Assembly (NCBI RefSeq): GCF_009914755.1
Contig: NC_060925.1
Length of the DNA: 64,000 nt
Reading direction: 5' to 3' (one strand)
Source: the human T2T-CHM13v2.0 reference genome, Homo sapiens
The position numbers and the translations under genes were made by a program. Below the pieces are notes generated by a model. The model searched no databases. It was not told where the DNA came from and saw only the letters and a program-made list of their open reading frames with translations. Shown piece after piece: positions 1 to 15,240 of the stretch (within the stretch, counting starts at the first letter, position 1; every line of letters begins with the position of its first letter).

Positions 1-447
1 CAGAGATGTTATGCAGGGAACTCCTGTCACAGGGAAGGAGGGGATGGACAACGTCCCTCCAGCTCATGAAGTGACTTGTAAACCAGCAGACAGTCCCATT
101 GCTGAGCTCAGAGTCTGATGCAAAGAATATATCGGGAAAGATATTTGTTGAAGAGAGAACTTGTTCTGACTTGGGACTGATTAAATGTTAAAGAAAATAC
201 CCTAGGATCTATCAGAGGAGGGGAGGTTACTGTGGTCTGCAGCGGTCAGGAAAGGCAGAGGCAAATTTTGACTCGGGATATGAAAAACTTGCTTACTGCC
301 AGTCATTGACGATAGGGCAGGATCCATCAGGTTGTCATGACAAGTTTTCCCATCACTTATGGGTTTCCAGGAGCAAATTTCTCTTTTCTCCTGCGTATGA
401 ACAACCTTTAACAACACTGCAGTGCTAGTTTTGCCTCTAGATGGCAC

Positions 448-632
448 TCATGTACTTTTACAGCTTTTACTGCTTAGCTTCCAAAGAAACAGCACTGGTT
501 CTGTCCAATGTTTTCCCAATTTCTTTTTGTTGTATTTCTCTAGGTCATGGTGTCCATTTACGGTGAATGAAACGCCAGAGGACAGACACATGTTTATTTT
601 ATTGATTATTAATTCATGCATGTGTATCTTCT
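448..632 (-). other. Candidate terminal exon with overlapping AATAAA signals (593-603)
   Basis: Acceptor ttctttttatcctcag at 633. The phase-1 frame is open to the stop at 448-450. AATAAAATAAA is followed by a GT-rich stretch. Confidence 0.25.
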
Positions 633-1264
633 CTGAGGATAAAAAGAATTTGAGGCTGAACGACCAGTCTAGCATCCTGTATTACACATATTTGAGGCAG
701 ACAGCACAGGTGCCCTTGAGACAGTCCTTCTGATGCAAGAGGAACTTTCATTCTCTTTGGATCCTTGCACAGAGGGTCAGGCTTTGGACTTTGAGTCTAT
801 GAAGGGACAAGATTCTGACACAGCCCTGCCCTGGGGAAAAGAACCAGTTTTGTCTCAAGTGGCAGAGAGGTGGAGGAAATTTGTTTTCTTCAATTCCATA
901 TTTATTACTTTTTGTTTGCTCTTAACTATTCTATTATTCTGAGACACATCTAGGTAGACAGGATGGAGGTAAGGCACAATCATAAGCACTGTATTTAGGG
1001 AAGTCATGAGAAACTGTGAATTTGAAATTACCAGACAGATGTAACAATCAATAAACTAGGAACATAGGAATTGGAGGCGAGGCAAGGGTTGGTAAAAGAT
1101 AAATGATATTATCCCAGGTTTTCTAAGCTTGGATAGGGGAGAATGAATTTGAGTTTGGAGTGAGAAGTTCTGGGAATGGGGCTGAGCCTGGGCTAGTTGA
1201 ATTTTGAGATGGAGCAGAAGCATCTCTCCTTCCTCTGACCTTGCCCAGTATCTTATGACTATGT

Positions 1265-1560
1265 CTTTACTTAATAAATATACGAGCACCTCTCGTGTTT
1301 CAGGTATGGGTAAAGGCATTGAGGAAGTAGCTATGGATGAGGCAAACAAAACTTCTTCCCATGAGCTTGCATGTTAGTAGCAGAAGTAAAAATCCAATAA
1401 CAAAATCATTTCAGATGATGGTAAATGCTATGAGGATGACAAGATAGAAAACCATAATAGAGAGTGATTGAGATGAGGTTTATTTAGATAGAGAAGTCAT
1501 GGTAGACTTTTCTGGGGTGATGTTGGAGCTGAAACCTGAACAAAGAGAAGGAACCAGCTC
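1265..1560 (-). mobile_element. L2 LINE fragment
   Basis: Decayed L2 3'-end pattern (aaatatacgagcacc...caggtatgggtaaaggc...atgagcttgcatgttag). Confidence 0.6.
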
Positions 1561-1904
1561 TCTATTGATATTTGCAATTCCAAGGAAACTACAGTTAAAG
1601 GCAGTCAACTGCCCTGGTAATATCCTAGAAAGGCTTGAGACTGTATGCATAACAAAGAATGAGAATTAAAAGTGGGGGCCCAGACAGGAGGATGAGTTGA
1701 AGCTTTGTACATGCAAGTCGACTTGCATCATATCCCCATGTGCAGAATGGCCTTTAGGCAGTATTTATACCTTGGCAAAAGCAAACCAAACAGGCCATAA
1801 CTTTGATTACATCAGACAAACAAAATAAAATAAAATAAAATAGAAGTTCCTTTTAAAAAATATTAAAGAAGCCATCTAGGAGAGCAGGTGTAGCTACTGC
1901 CTAC

Positions 1905-2122
1905 CTGTGTAAACCTTTCCATAATCTGGCACTTTTTTGAGGGAGAGGTGCTCTAGAGAAATGACTGGTTTCCTGGTAGCTGATAAAGTTTGATGGTCTG
2001 TAAGTCTCACTCTGACTTCATCTTTCTTTTTCTTCAGTCTTAAATATATATCGGTAAAAATGATTCCAAGATACTCGAGAAAAGTGTGCAATGTTAAGGA
2101 AAGAAATTCAATATTAAAAAAA
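1905..2122 (-). other. Candidate 3' exon (218 nt, phase 2 to 1), open; hydrophobic stretch followed by LRLKKKK
   Basis: Acceptor tatctttacttttttcag at 2123; donor ACAG|gtaggc at 1904. Lies in ORF 1894..2214. May overlap decayed L1 sequence. Confidence 0.3.
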
Positions 2123-2319
2123 CTGAAAAAAGTAAAGATACATTTAGAGAATAGGAGTTCAAAATCAAACAGAAACAAACCCCAAATACCCACCTTCTCT
2201 GCCAATAACATCAAAAAGGCAACACAGTAATAAAGATTAAGGAATTACAACAAATTACTGGAAATTAAAATTTCGATTATAAAAAACTTAATAGGAAATT
2301 GAGAAGATAAAACAAAGTC

Positions 2320-2502
2320 TCCTTCAGACAGTGAGCAGGTAGCCATCTGCAAGCAGGAAGAGAGTCCCCACCAGAACCAGAACCAGACCATGCTGGCACC
2401 CTGATCTCAGACTTCCAGCCTCCTCAGAACTGCAATGAAATAAATTTCTGTTGTTGAAGCCATCTAGTCTACGGTTTTGTTATGGCAGCCCAAGCTAACA
2501 CA
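2320..2502 (+). mobile_element. MaLR LTR 3' fragment (MLT1A/B-like)
   Basis: gccatctgcaagc...gctggcaccctgatctcagacttccagcctc...aataaatttctgttgtt...ttatggcagccc. Confidence 0.8.
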
Positions 2503-2799
2503 GATGAATAGATGGAAAGTTTAATAGGTAATTGGAATTTATAAAAAAATTAAGTGGGACTTAAAAACTGAAAACAAAATCTGAAATTAAGTCAATTGAG
2601 CACAGCAAAACAACAGAAATACAAGTAAATAAAAAGTATCCAAACTGAAGCACAGAGAAAGAATGCAAAACACATAGAGAAATGTAAAAGACATGAGGGT
2701 GTCAAAGGGGCTAAAGTAAGTATAATAATAATCACAGAAGGAGAAAAATCAGGGGATGGTGGAGAGGCAATATGTGAAGAAATAATGGCTGAGAATTTT

Positions 2800-4885
2800 C
2801 CAATACTTTATATAAATGGAATCATACAATATGAACTTTTTTGTGTTTGGCTTCCTTCACCCAGCATGATTATTTTGAGATTCATCTCTGTCATTTTGTG
2901 TACCATTTATTTCTTTTTTTTGCTGAGTAGTATAACATCGTACGTATATCCCATAGTTTATTTAATCATTCCCTCATCGATGGACTTTTGGGTTATTTCA
3001 GTTTTATGTCCATTATAAATAAAACTAACATAAATATTTGTTTATACAAATCTTTGTATAAGTGTATCCTTTGTTTTCTCTTGGCTAAAAACCTAGGAGC
3101 AGCAGGGCTAGATCATATAGTAGGTATAAGTTTAACTTTTAAAGACACTGCTAAACTGTTTTACAAAGCAGCTGTACCATTTTACATTACCATCAGTGGC
3201 CCAGGAATCTTCCACTTTCTTGCCAAACCTTGGTATAGTCAGTCTTTTTGATTTTAGCCATTTTAATAGGCTTTTAGTGGTATCTCATTCATGGTTTTAG
3301 TCAACGTTTCTGTAAAGACTAATGATGCTGAGCATATCTGCATTGCTTTGGTGAATTGTCTGTTTAAATCTTTTGTACATTTTTTATTAGGTGTTCTTAT
3401 TGTTGAGTTTTGAGAGTTCTTTACACATTTTGTCCTTTATGAATGATATTCTTGGCAAACATTTCCTCTCAGTCTGTAGTTTGTCTTTTCATTTTTAAAA
3501 CAGCGTATTTTAAAGACAAGTTTTTATGAAGTCCAAATTATAAATATATTATAAATATATTCTTTTTTGGATTATACTTTTGGTTTCATATCTAAGAAGT
3601 TTTTTGCCTCGTCCTAAGTTACAAAGGTTTTCTCTTGTTTTCTTCAAGAAGTTTCATTGTTTTACATTTTTAAAATTGTGGTAAAAACTAACAATATGAA
3701 ATCAATCCTCTTAACAAAATGTTAAGTGTATACTATAGCACAATATTGTACAGTAGGTCTCTAGAGCTTTTTCATCTTGTGTAACTGAAATGCTATATCC
3801 ACTGAACACCAACTCCCTATCCCCTCACGTGGCTAGCCTGTGGAAACCATCATTCTACCTTCTGCTTCTATGAGTTTGATTACATTTGATACCTCATAGT
3901 AGTGGAATCATACACTATCTGTTCTTCTGTGACTAGCTTACTTCACTTAGGATAATGTCTTCAAGATTCATCCATATTGTTTCATATGACAGGATTTCCT
4001 TCTTTTTAAAGGATGAATAACATTCCATTGTAAGAATATACCACATTTTCCTTATCTAATCATCGGTCAATGAACATTTAGGTTGTTTCCACATTTTGGC
4101 TACCGTGATTAATGCTGCATTGAATATGGGAGTGCAAATATCTCTTTGAAATCCTATTTTCAATTCTTTTGAAAATACCAGGAGTGGGACTGCTGGAACA
4201 TATGCTAGTTCTGTCTTTTAATTTTTTGAGGAACCTCTATACTGTTTTCCAGAGTGGCTGCACTATTGACATTCTCACCAACAGTGCACAAGTATTCCAG
4301 TTTCTCTATATTCCCTCCAACTCTTGTTATTTTCTGTTTTTTTTTTTTAATTGCCATTCTAACAGGTGTGTGGCAACATTTAATTGTGGTTTTGATTTTC
4401 ATTTCCCCACTTATAGTGATGTTCAGCACCTTTTCATATGCCAATTGGCCATTTGTGTATCTTTGGAGAAATGTCTATTCAAGACCTTTGCCCACATTTT
4501 AATCAAATTATTTGGGTTTTGGCTTTTGAGTTGTAGGAATTTCTTATGTATTTTAAATATTAACTCCTGTCAGATGTATGATCTGCAAATATTTTATCCC
4601 ATTCCAAAGACTGCCTTTTCACTCTGTTGATTGTTCTTTTGCTGTGCAGAAGGTTTTTAGTTGGACGTAGTCCCACTTGTTTATTTTGCTTTTGTTGTTT
4701 ATATTTTTAGTGTCATATCCAAGAAATCATTGGCAAGATCAATGTCATGAAGGTTTTTTATGATGTTTTCTTCTAAGAATTTTATGGTGTCAAGTCTTAG
4801 TCTTTAATTCATTTTGAATTGATTTTTTTTGTGTGGTGTAAGATAGGGATTCAGTTTCATTGTTTTACATGTCAATTTTCTCAAC
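2800..4885 (-). mobile_element. Old L1M (L1MB-like) 3' fragments, two nested pieces
   Basis: Antisense L1 3'UTR and ORF2 C-terminus; minus-strand ORF 4205..4444 reads EMKIKTTIKCCHTPVRMAI. Confidence 0.85.
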
Positions 4886-4890
4886 ACCAC

Positions 4891-5211
4891 ATTTATTTAT
4901 TTATTTATTTATATTTATTTTTAGGGATAAGGTTTCACTCTGTTGCCCAGGCTGGAGTGTGGTGGTGCCATCCTAGCTCACTGCAGCCTTGAAATCCTAG
5001 GCTAAAGTAATCCTTCTGCCTCAGCCTCCCAAGTAGCTGGCACTATAGTTATGTGCCATCATACCTGGCCAGTTTTTTTTTTTTTTGCTTTTTGTAGAGT
5101 TGGGGGTCTTATTATGTTGTCCAGGCTGGTATTAAACCCCTGGCCTCAAGCAATTCTCCCACCTCTGCCTCTCTAAGTATTGGGCTTACGGGCATGAACC
5201 ACTGTGGGTGC
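4891..5211 (-). mobile_element. AluJ-like SINE
   Basis: Diverged dimeric Alu with (TTTA)n tail; flanked by a caacacca(c)attt duplication. Confidence 0.9.
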
Positions 5212-5239
5212 CCAACACCATTTGTTAAAGATAGTCTCT

Positions 5240-8200
5240 TAGGGTGGAGCGAAATGGCTGAATAGAAGCCTACACCATTTGTCCTCTCCCTGCAGGAACA
5301 CTAAATTATAACAACTAACTGCACATTAAAAGCACCATCACAAAAACCAAAACTCAAGTGAGTAACCACAGTACCTGATTTTAACATCATATCACTGAAA
5401 GAGACATGAAGAGGGCAGGAAAGACAGTCTTGAATTGGCAACACTACTGCTCCCCTATCCCCTGGGCAGTGTCTGCGTGGCATGGACAATCTGTGCTTGG
5501 GAGAGAGACAGCAGAGCAATTGTGAGGCTTTGCATTGAACTCAGTGCTGCCCTGTTATAGTGGAAAGCAGAACCAGGCTGTACTCAGCTGACATCCGCTC
5601 ATGGAGGGAGTATTTGGACTAGCCCTAGCCAGAGGGAAATCACCCATCCCAGTGGTCAGAGCTTGAGTTCCAGCAAGCCTCACCACCAGCCTGGAGTGCT
5701 CCGGGGCCCTAAGTGAACTTGAATGACAGTCTGTGCCAAAGGATTGCAATTCCTAGGCAAGTCCTAGAACTGAGCTGAGCTCAGAGCCAGTGGACTGAGG
5801 GCAACCTACTGAGAGAACAGCCAGGGTGGCAAAGGGAGGGCTTGCACCACACCTCCCCCACTCTCTGACAGCAGATGCATGGTGCAGAGAAATCTGTGTT
5901 GTTGGGAGAGGGAGAGTGCAGGAAATGTGAGACTTTATATTGAACTCTGTGCTGCCCTGTCACAGTAGAGACCTGTCAGTATTCATCACTTGCTGACTGA
6001 AGAGCTCGTGGGCCAAGAATAACAAACAGTGATACCCAGGTAGTACATTGTGGGCCTTTGGCTCTGAGACATGCTGCTTTCAGATGTGACCACATTCCCA
6101 GCTGTGGTGGCTATGGTGAAAGACTATTTCAGAAAAGCAGGGAGTGGGGTAAAGTGAAGAGTACCCTGTCTTGCACCATACATACCAGCTTGACCACACT
6201 GGGATAGAGCAACAAATAGGCTCCTGTGGTCCCCAAGTCTAGGCCTAGTCTCTTGGTCAGCATTTCTGGACCTCTCTGGAGCCAGAGGAAACCCACTGAC
6301 CTGAAGGTTGAGTCCAAGGCCTGGTAGCATTAATCACAAGCTGATCAAAGAGCCCCTGAACTTTAAGTAAAACACCCCATGGGCTGCTGCTGGTGGTGGC
6401 CACAGGGAGAGGCAATGTCTGCCTGTAGAAAGGGGAGGGAAGAGTGGGGAGGAATTTGTCTTGTGGTTTGAGTGCCAGCTTAGCTGCAGTAGAATAGAAT
6501 ACCAGGTAAATTTCTAAGGTTCTTGACTTTAATCCCTGGCTTCCAGACAGCATCTCTGAACCTATCCGGGGCCTGGGGGAACTTGCCAACCTGAAGGAGG
6601 GACAGAAACATCAGTGGGTTTGCCACCTGCTGATTGTAGAGCCCTAGTGAGAGGGGGAGAAAAAGGAAAAATTAGTTGGGCAGACAACTAAAGCTGGTCC
6701 TTGGTAAAATTCTTTTAAACAGACAGACACCTGAAAAATCACAGTTACAGGCACAAATAGAGCAGCCTGGGGTAAAACCAAACTGCAGCTGCTGCACTGA
6801 TAAGAAAGCAAAGTCCAACACAGAAGCCTTTTGTTCTTTGTGTGATTAGTGGGCTCCCATGAAAAAGTTTCCACCTCTTTTCCATGGGTACTTGCACAGG
6901 GAGGTGGGGGCTTACCCAAAACACATCCACAGTTGCACAAACAAGAGAACCTGCACTTTGTGCTGCCTAAAGATATGCCTGCAGCTCCACAGATGAGGGG
7001 AGTTGCACAGACAGTTTCACAGACAAGAGAAGTGATACAAATAGCTACAGAGATGAGGGGGAGTTTCTTATAAAAGCTGTTGGTGAGGGGGAGTTTCTTA
7101 TAAAAGCTGTTGGATTCAACTGTAAAAATGGCAACCCTCTCAGGCCCCCCTCTCTGCTGTAGAGAGCTTTCTTCTTTTGCTCATTCAACTTTCACTCCAA
7201 CCTCACCCTTTGCCTCCATGCTCCCTAATATTCTTGGTCATGGGACGAAGAACTCCAGGTGGTACGTCACAACAAGAGACTGCTACATTGTGGTGCATTG
7301 GTGAGACTATAACACTAGGTCCTTGAGTAAACTTAGGTGGTAGCCAGGTAGTGGTTACAGTGGGCCATGGGGAAGACCCAGTGCTGGGCTGGCTTCAGGT
7401 TTAAACCAACACAGTCCCAGCAGTGGTGGCCATATGTATCCTTCTGTCCTACCACTCCCAGTTCCAGGAGGTTGAACACAGAGAGATTCCGTTTGCTTGG
7501 GAGAAAGTAATGGAAAAGAACAAGAGTCTCTGCCTAATAATCCAGAAAAATTTTCCAGATCTTACCTAAGACCACCAAGTTGGCACCTCTATGAGCCTGC
7601 AAGAACCACAGCATTATTGAGTGTGAGGCTCAAGTCCCTTTAAATACCTGGAAAGCCTTCCCATATAGAACAGGCACAAATAAGCCCAGACCATGAAGAC
7701 TACAATGAACGCCTAGCTCCTCAGTGCCCAGACACAGACCAACATCTATAAGCATCAAGACCATCCAGGAGAATATGACCTTACCAAGTGAGCTAAATAA
7801 GGCACCTAGGGCCAATCCTGGAGAAACACAGGTATCTGATCTTTCAGACAGATAATTGAAAATAGCTGTGTTGAAAAAAGTTAAAAAAAAATTCAAGATA
7901 ACACAGAAAAGGAATTCAGAATTCTATCAGATAAGTTAAACAAAGAAATTGAAATTGTCAAAAAGATTTAAGTAGAAATTCTAGAGTTGAAAAATGCAAT
8001 TGACATACTGAAGAATGCATCAGAGTCTCTTAGTAGCAGAATTGAACAAGCAGAAGAAATAATTAGTGAGCTTGAAGACAGGCTATTTGACAATAAGCAG
8101 TCAGAGGAGGCAAAAGAAAAAAGAATAAAAACCAATGTAGCACACCTACAAAATCTACAAAATAGCCTCAATAGGGCAAATCTAAGAGTTATTTGCCTTA

Positions 8201-8980
8201 AAAAGGAGGAATAGAAAGGGATAAGGATAGAAAGTTTATTCAAAGGAATAATATAAGAGAACTTCCCAAATCTAAAGAAAGTTACCAGTATTCAAGTAAA
8301 AGGTTATAGAACACTAAGCAGATTTAACCCAAAGAAGACTCCCTCAAGGCATTTAATAACCAAACTCCCAAAGGTCAAAGATAAAGAACAAATCTTAAAA
8401 GCAGCAAGAGAAAAGATACAAATAACATACAATAGACCTCCAATAAGTCTTGAAGCAGACTTTTCAGTGAAAATCTTACAGGCCAGGAGGAGTGACATGA
8501 CATATTTAAAGTAATGAAGGAAAAATACTTTCACCCTAGAATAGTATATCTGGTGAAAATATCCTCCAAATATGAAGGAAAAATAAAGACTTTCCCAGAC
8601 AAACAAAAGCTGAGGGACTTCATCAACACCAGGTCTGTTCTACAAGAAATGCTAAAGGGAGTCCTTCAATCTGAACGAAAAGGACATTAATGAGCAACAA
8701 AATATTATCTGAAGGTATGAAACTCACTGGTTATAGCACATGGAAAAATCACAGACTATTATAATAAGACAGTAATTGTGGTATATAAAATGCTTTTATC
8801 TTAAGTAGAAAGACTCTAAAAAATAAGAACCATAACAACTTTTCAAGACATAGTACAATAAAATATAAATAGTAACAACAAAAAGTTAGAGTTGGGAGGA
8901 CAAAATTAAAATGTAGAGTTTGTATTAGTTCTCTTTTTGTTTGTATGTTTGTTTATGCAATCAGTGTTAAATTTTCATCA
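5240..8980 (+). mobile_element. Old L1 (L1MA/L1M1-like) 5'UTR and ORF1, interrupted by an LTR
   Basis: Begins gggtggagcgaaatggctgaatagaagcc. ORF1 coiled-coil remnant SRIEQAEEIISELEDRLF at 7987..8214. Confidence 0.85.
6648..7314 (+). mobile_element. Solo ERV1-class LTR (MER4-group; MER61-like, family uncertain)
   Basis: TG...CA termini, 4-bp TSD CTAG (6644-6647 and 7315-7318), TATAAAA box. Confidence 0.85.
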
Positions 8981-8981
8981 G

Positions 8982-11273
<2,292 letters not shown>

Positions 11274-12188
11274 CTAAGGTCAAATTATATGTCCTTCTGT
11301 CTGAGATCTTATCCTTGTTTCCTCTGTAATTCTTATTCTTTCACAAAGCTTTGTCAAGTTTTTGCAAGTTTTGTTGCAGTCCATGGTTTGGTTTTTGCAT
11401 TCTGGTCCCTTTTGCTGAGCAATCTGTAGCCTGACTTTCTTTCTGCCTCTATCTGTGACCCTACAAAGCTCTCAGCCTCCTGTTATTGTGACCTAAGTAA
11501 TAGTATGAACATATTCCTAGTAGACTTTCTGGAGAGGGAGGATGGTCTGGTATGCAGTCCTCTGCTTCCAGAAATAATGCATAATGGCCATTGCCATGTA
11601 TTTTGGAAATTAAACTCAGCCTGTCTGAGCTTGCACAATTTACCTTGTTTGTGTCAACATTGCTGCCTCACCCAGGAATTGGTTCCCCTTATCAACTTTC
11701 AGTTTTATTGCATATGACCTAGCCAAATTCAGCTCAAATTTTGCATAAGTCACAAATATTCTTTTCAGGAAAGATTGCAGCAAGTCAGTATAAAAAATAA
11801 ATATTAATTCTGTTCTCAATAGTGGATGTATTAAATGGGATTCCAGGCAGGGCCAGCAGGAATGTGAACTGAAATAATAAAGCAGTATATCTAAAAATGC
11901 AATGGAGGTGCAAGGAAAAGTAGATGCTAATGTCAGTCATTCATTTTGCTTTCCCTTCAGTTACCAGAATTTAATCTAGGTATGGCCTGAGTTCTTTCCT
12001 ATGTTCTGTGTACTCTCTTCAGTCTAAGCTCTTAACCAATCCAAGCTCCTACCTCTTAAATGGAATCCCATTTTCTCTGGACTGGGTTACTGCTTGGTTC
12101 AAAATCATCCTCCATACTTCTTATCTTTGTCATCACACCACTTCAACACCTAAATGAAGTTTCTGCAATGCTCATTAAAATTACTCAC

Positions 12189-12228
12189 AATCCCATCCTG
12201 TATGCTATTTCAGCTAGAAAGAGGCTTA
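12189..12228 (-). other. Candidate 40-nt micro-exon A (phase 1 to 2; VSLFLAEIAYRMG)
   Basis: tattttcttcag|TAAGCC...GGGATT|gtgagt. Paralogous to 15241-15281, including both splice sites. Confidence 0.5.
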
Positions 12229-14182
12229 CTGAAGAAAATACACAATTTTACACATATTATACCTGCCCATTGTTGAGGAAAATGTAACTCCTGTTCTTCT
12301 AGTTTTTTGGTTGTCTGCCTATCATTGGCATCTACTAAGAAGGAAATGTGTCGGACAGTGGGTGGGAAGAAATGTGTCTTTTATTATTTCCTCTCTTTTC
12401 TCCTTGGATATTCAGGAAATGTTTCCTTTTCTGGCTGTCAGAGAAATAAGAACTCAGCTGAGATAATGGAGTGGAAATAAGAGTAAACAAGAATAAAAAT
12501 TCAATTTCTCCAGCTTGCTTTAGAATCAGCTGTTTTGACATATATTTAATATTTCATAGTATATCATTGCAAGTGGAAGAACTTGCCATTTAAAGAAATC
12601 TTTTGAAAAGTAAATGGTATAATCCCTCCATGTTTATATATTCTACATTATTATGTTTGATGCTATAAATACTATAGTAATCTAGGTTTTCTGGCTGATT
12701 AGTGAGCAGAATCAAGGTTCTTAAGTTTCTCTTGTACCAGAGAATGCAAGTAGGATGAAAGTCCTATTTCTGTTCATTCATATTTACATTTAACAGACTC
12801 AACATTGATCTTTTGCTGAGTAGTCTGGTAGTTTGGCTTCACAAACGTGAGACTAGTTCCATTTAATATACAATATTGAGCACATAATTAATATTTATCT
12901 TTTATACTGACTTGCTGCAATCACACAGCCAGCAAATAGCAGGCAAGATTATAATTTAGAGCAGTCTGATTCAATCCATTACGTCACTACTTTCTCAGGG
13001 TGCATCTGGGTTGTCACGTGGACCATGATGATATCAAATTTGGAGCCCTTCTTCTACTTCTTTTTTTTTTTTGGAGCCTTCTAGTAGGGGATTTTGGAAG
13101 TCAGTAAGATATGAATCTAGGATCTGGTAGAATGAAACAAATTGTTTGGGCAGTTACTCTTATTTAGCAGTCTGTCCGGGTTCAGGACATAGGAGCTCAG
13201 AATCAGCTAAAATTGCCCCTCAGAGTAGATTGGGCAGATAGGCTTTGTTATTGTTATTTGTTTTGTTTTTGTTTTGTTATGTATGAGCCTTGATAAACCT
13301 ATTGTCAGAAATATTTTCAGAAAGGGCTTTGAGTGTGCTTTATTATGGCGCTACAGGAAAGGCTATTTGGAACCAAGTTGCATTGGGTCAAGGCAAGGAG
13401 TAGTGCTGAGGAGTCATTCTTAGGAATTTAGGAGGAGAGACCATGGCAGAAGCAGTGGCCACACATGAGACACCAGAAAGATACAAAGACAGCAAGCAGA
13501 CCAAATTCCAGCAGGAGGACAGACTCCATAAACCAGTTCTGACTTGGGACAATCGGACTGGGTGAGCCTCAAAAATGTAAAATAGTGAAGTGGAGTGTCA
13601 CACACACTTGGCTATTTCATAAATATCTCAAATTAGATAGTGGAAATATTAAAGGTGTGGGTGGAGAATTGAGAAAAGTCTGAGTTAGCTGGTAGATTTA
13701 ACTGAAGCAATATGAAAAAAAATCTACTCTTTCTCAGGTCTACTTCCAGAGCTTAGGGCTTTCTGAACACAAGAGAGGGACTGATATGATGAGTTGCTGC
13801 TAAGGTGATTAGTCCCTTTCTGTTTCTAACAGAACTGCTCCAAGAAATTAGAATGGTGCCCTACAACATTCCATTTCCATAATGAGAAAGACTCAGTGTA
13901 CTAATCTGCTCAGGCCTCCAATAGTACAGGACTTTACTAGCTTAGCTTTGGCCCTCCCTTCAAGAAACATCCATTTTACCATGCTTCTTATCTTTCTCAC
14001 CATAGGGCACTCCAAAATGCAAATTCCTGTAGTCTCTCATTCCGTGGATCCTTTTATGCTTTTAGTCTTTCATTTATTTTTTCTACCCATTCTATCTGTT
14101 GACCCAGGACATTCATCCTGTTTCAGTTTACTCTACCCAATATTTCTGCCTTATTTATATAATTGTCTTCTTTCTTCCTTCC

Positions 14183-14597
14183 TGTGATAATTTTATTTTC
14201 CAATTTGGCTAGGCTATAGTGTCCAGTTGTTGATCAAGTAGCAGTTTACATGTTGTTGTGAAGACATTTTTTGGATGTGATTAACATTTAAATTTGTAGA
14301 CTTTGACTAAAGCAGATTACCTTCAATAATCTGAGTAAGCCTCATACAGTGGGTTGAAGGCCTTCAGAAAAAAAAAACCGAAGTCTTCTGAGGAAGAAGA
14401 AATTCTGTGTCCAGATCCCCTTTGGACTCAAGGGTACATCAGCAACTCTTCCCTGGGTTTCCAGATTGCTGGCCTGCCCTGCAGATTTCGGATTTGCCAG
14501 ACTCCGCAATCATGTGAGGCAGTCTTTTCAAACAAGTCTCTCTCTCCATATACACATCTTATTGGTTTTCTTTCTTCAGAGAACCTTTACTAACACA
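14183..14597 (+). mobile_element. MLT2 (ERVL) solo LTR, MLT2D-like
   Basis: tgtgataatttt...ttggctaggctatagtg...taaagcagattacc...attggttttctttcttcagagaacctttactaacaca; TG...CA ends. Confidence 0.85.
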
Positions 14598-15240
14598 TTC
14601 CCTTAAAGAAAACTTGACTCTGCCCCATGGAAACCACCTACCTTGTATGTGTCACTAATTGTTACTGCTTTTCCTCTCCCACCCTAGACCAAAGAGCCAG
14701 GGGGCAGTGTCAGCATTCTGAAGCTCCCTTATATGTCCTCAGAAAGCATGTTATTTTCTTATCAGGTAAAAATCCACCTTTCTTTGTTACTGAGGCTATC
14801 CAACCAAAACAGTGCACACTACTTTTATGCTTCTTGATTTAACAAAAGCAACCAACTTTCCTATCCCTTCCACTAATTCTTTCCAGATAATGTCTGGCTT
14901 TAGCCTATACATCTGGGACAGTGATATATATCTTGAAGGGTAATTGTCAGAATTAGAGCCAATGTGTATAAAATATTTAGTAATATGAGACCATTAGCAG
15001 GCACTCAATACATAGGAGTCAGCAATTATTGTGTTTCTATTCAGTATAGGTTCTTATATAATCATACGAGGCTTTAGTGACCAAAGGAAAAGCAATCCAA
15101 CACCCCAGTTTCAAGATTGTTTGACCCTCATTCCAAAACCCTTCATCTGAACTCCTTTGGCCACTCATTACCATGGCAATGTCCTATAACACAGTAGTTT
15201 AAGAAGAGCACATGCTCCTTAAAGCTCTTCACCCACTCAC

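Noticed and set aside
13420-13605. Hydrophobic minus-strand reading (MESVLLLEFGLLAVFVSFW)
   Set aside because: No convincing splice sites; the region looks like an old LTR.
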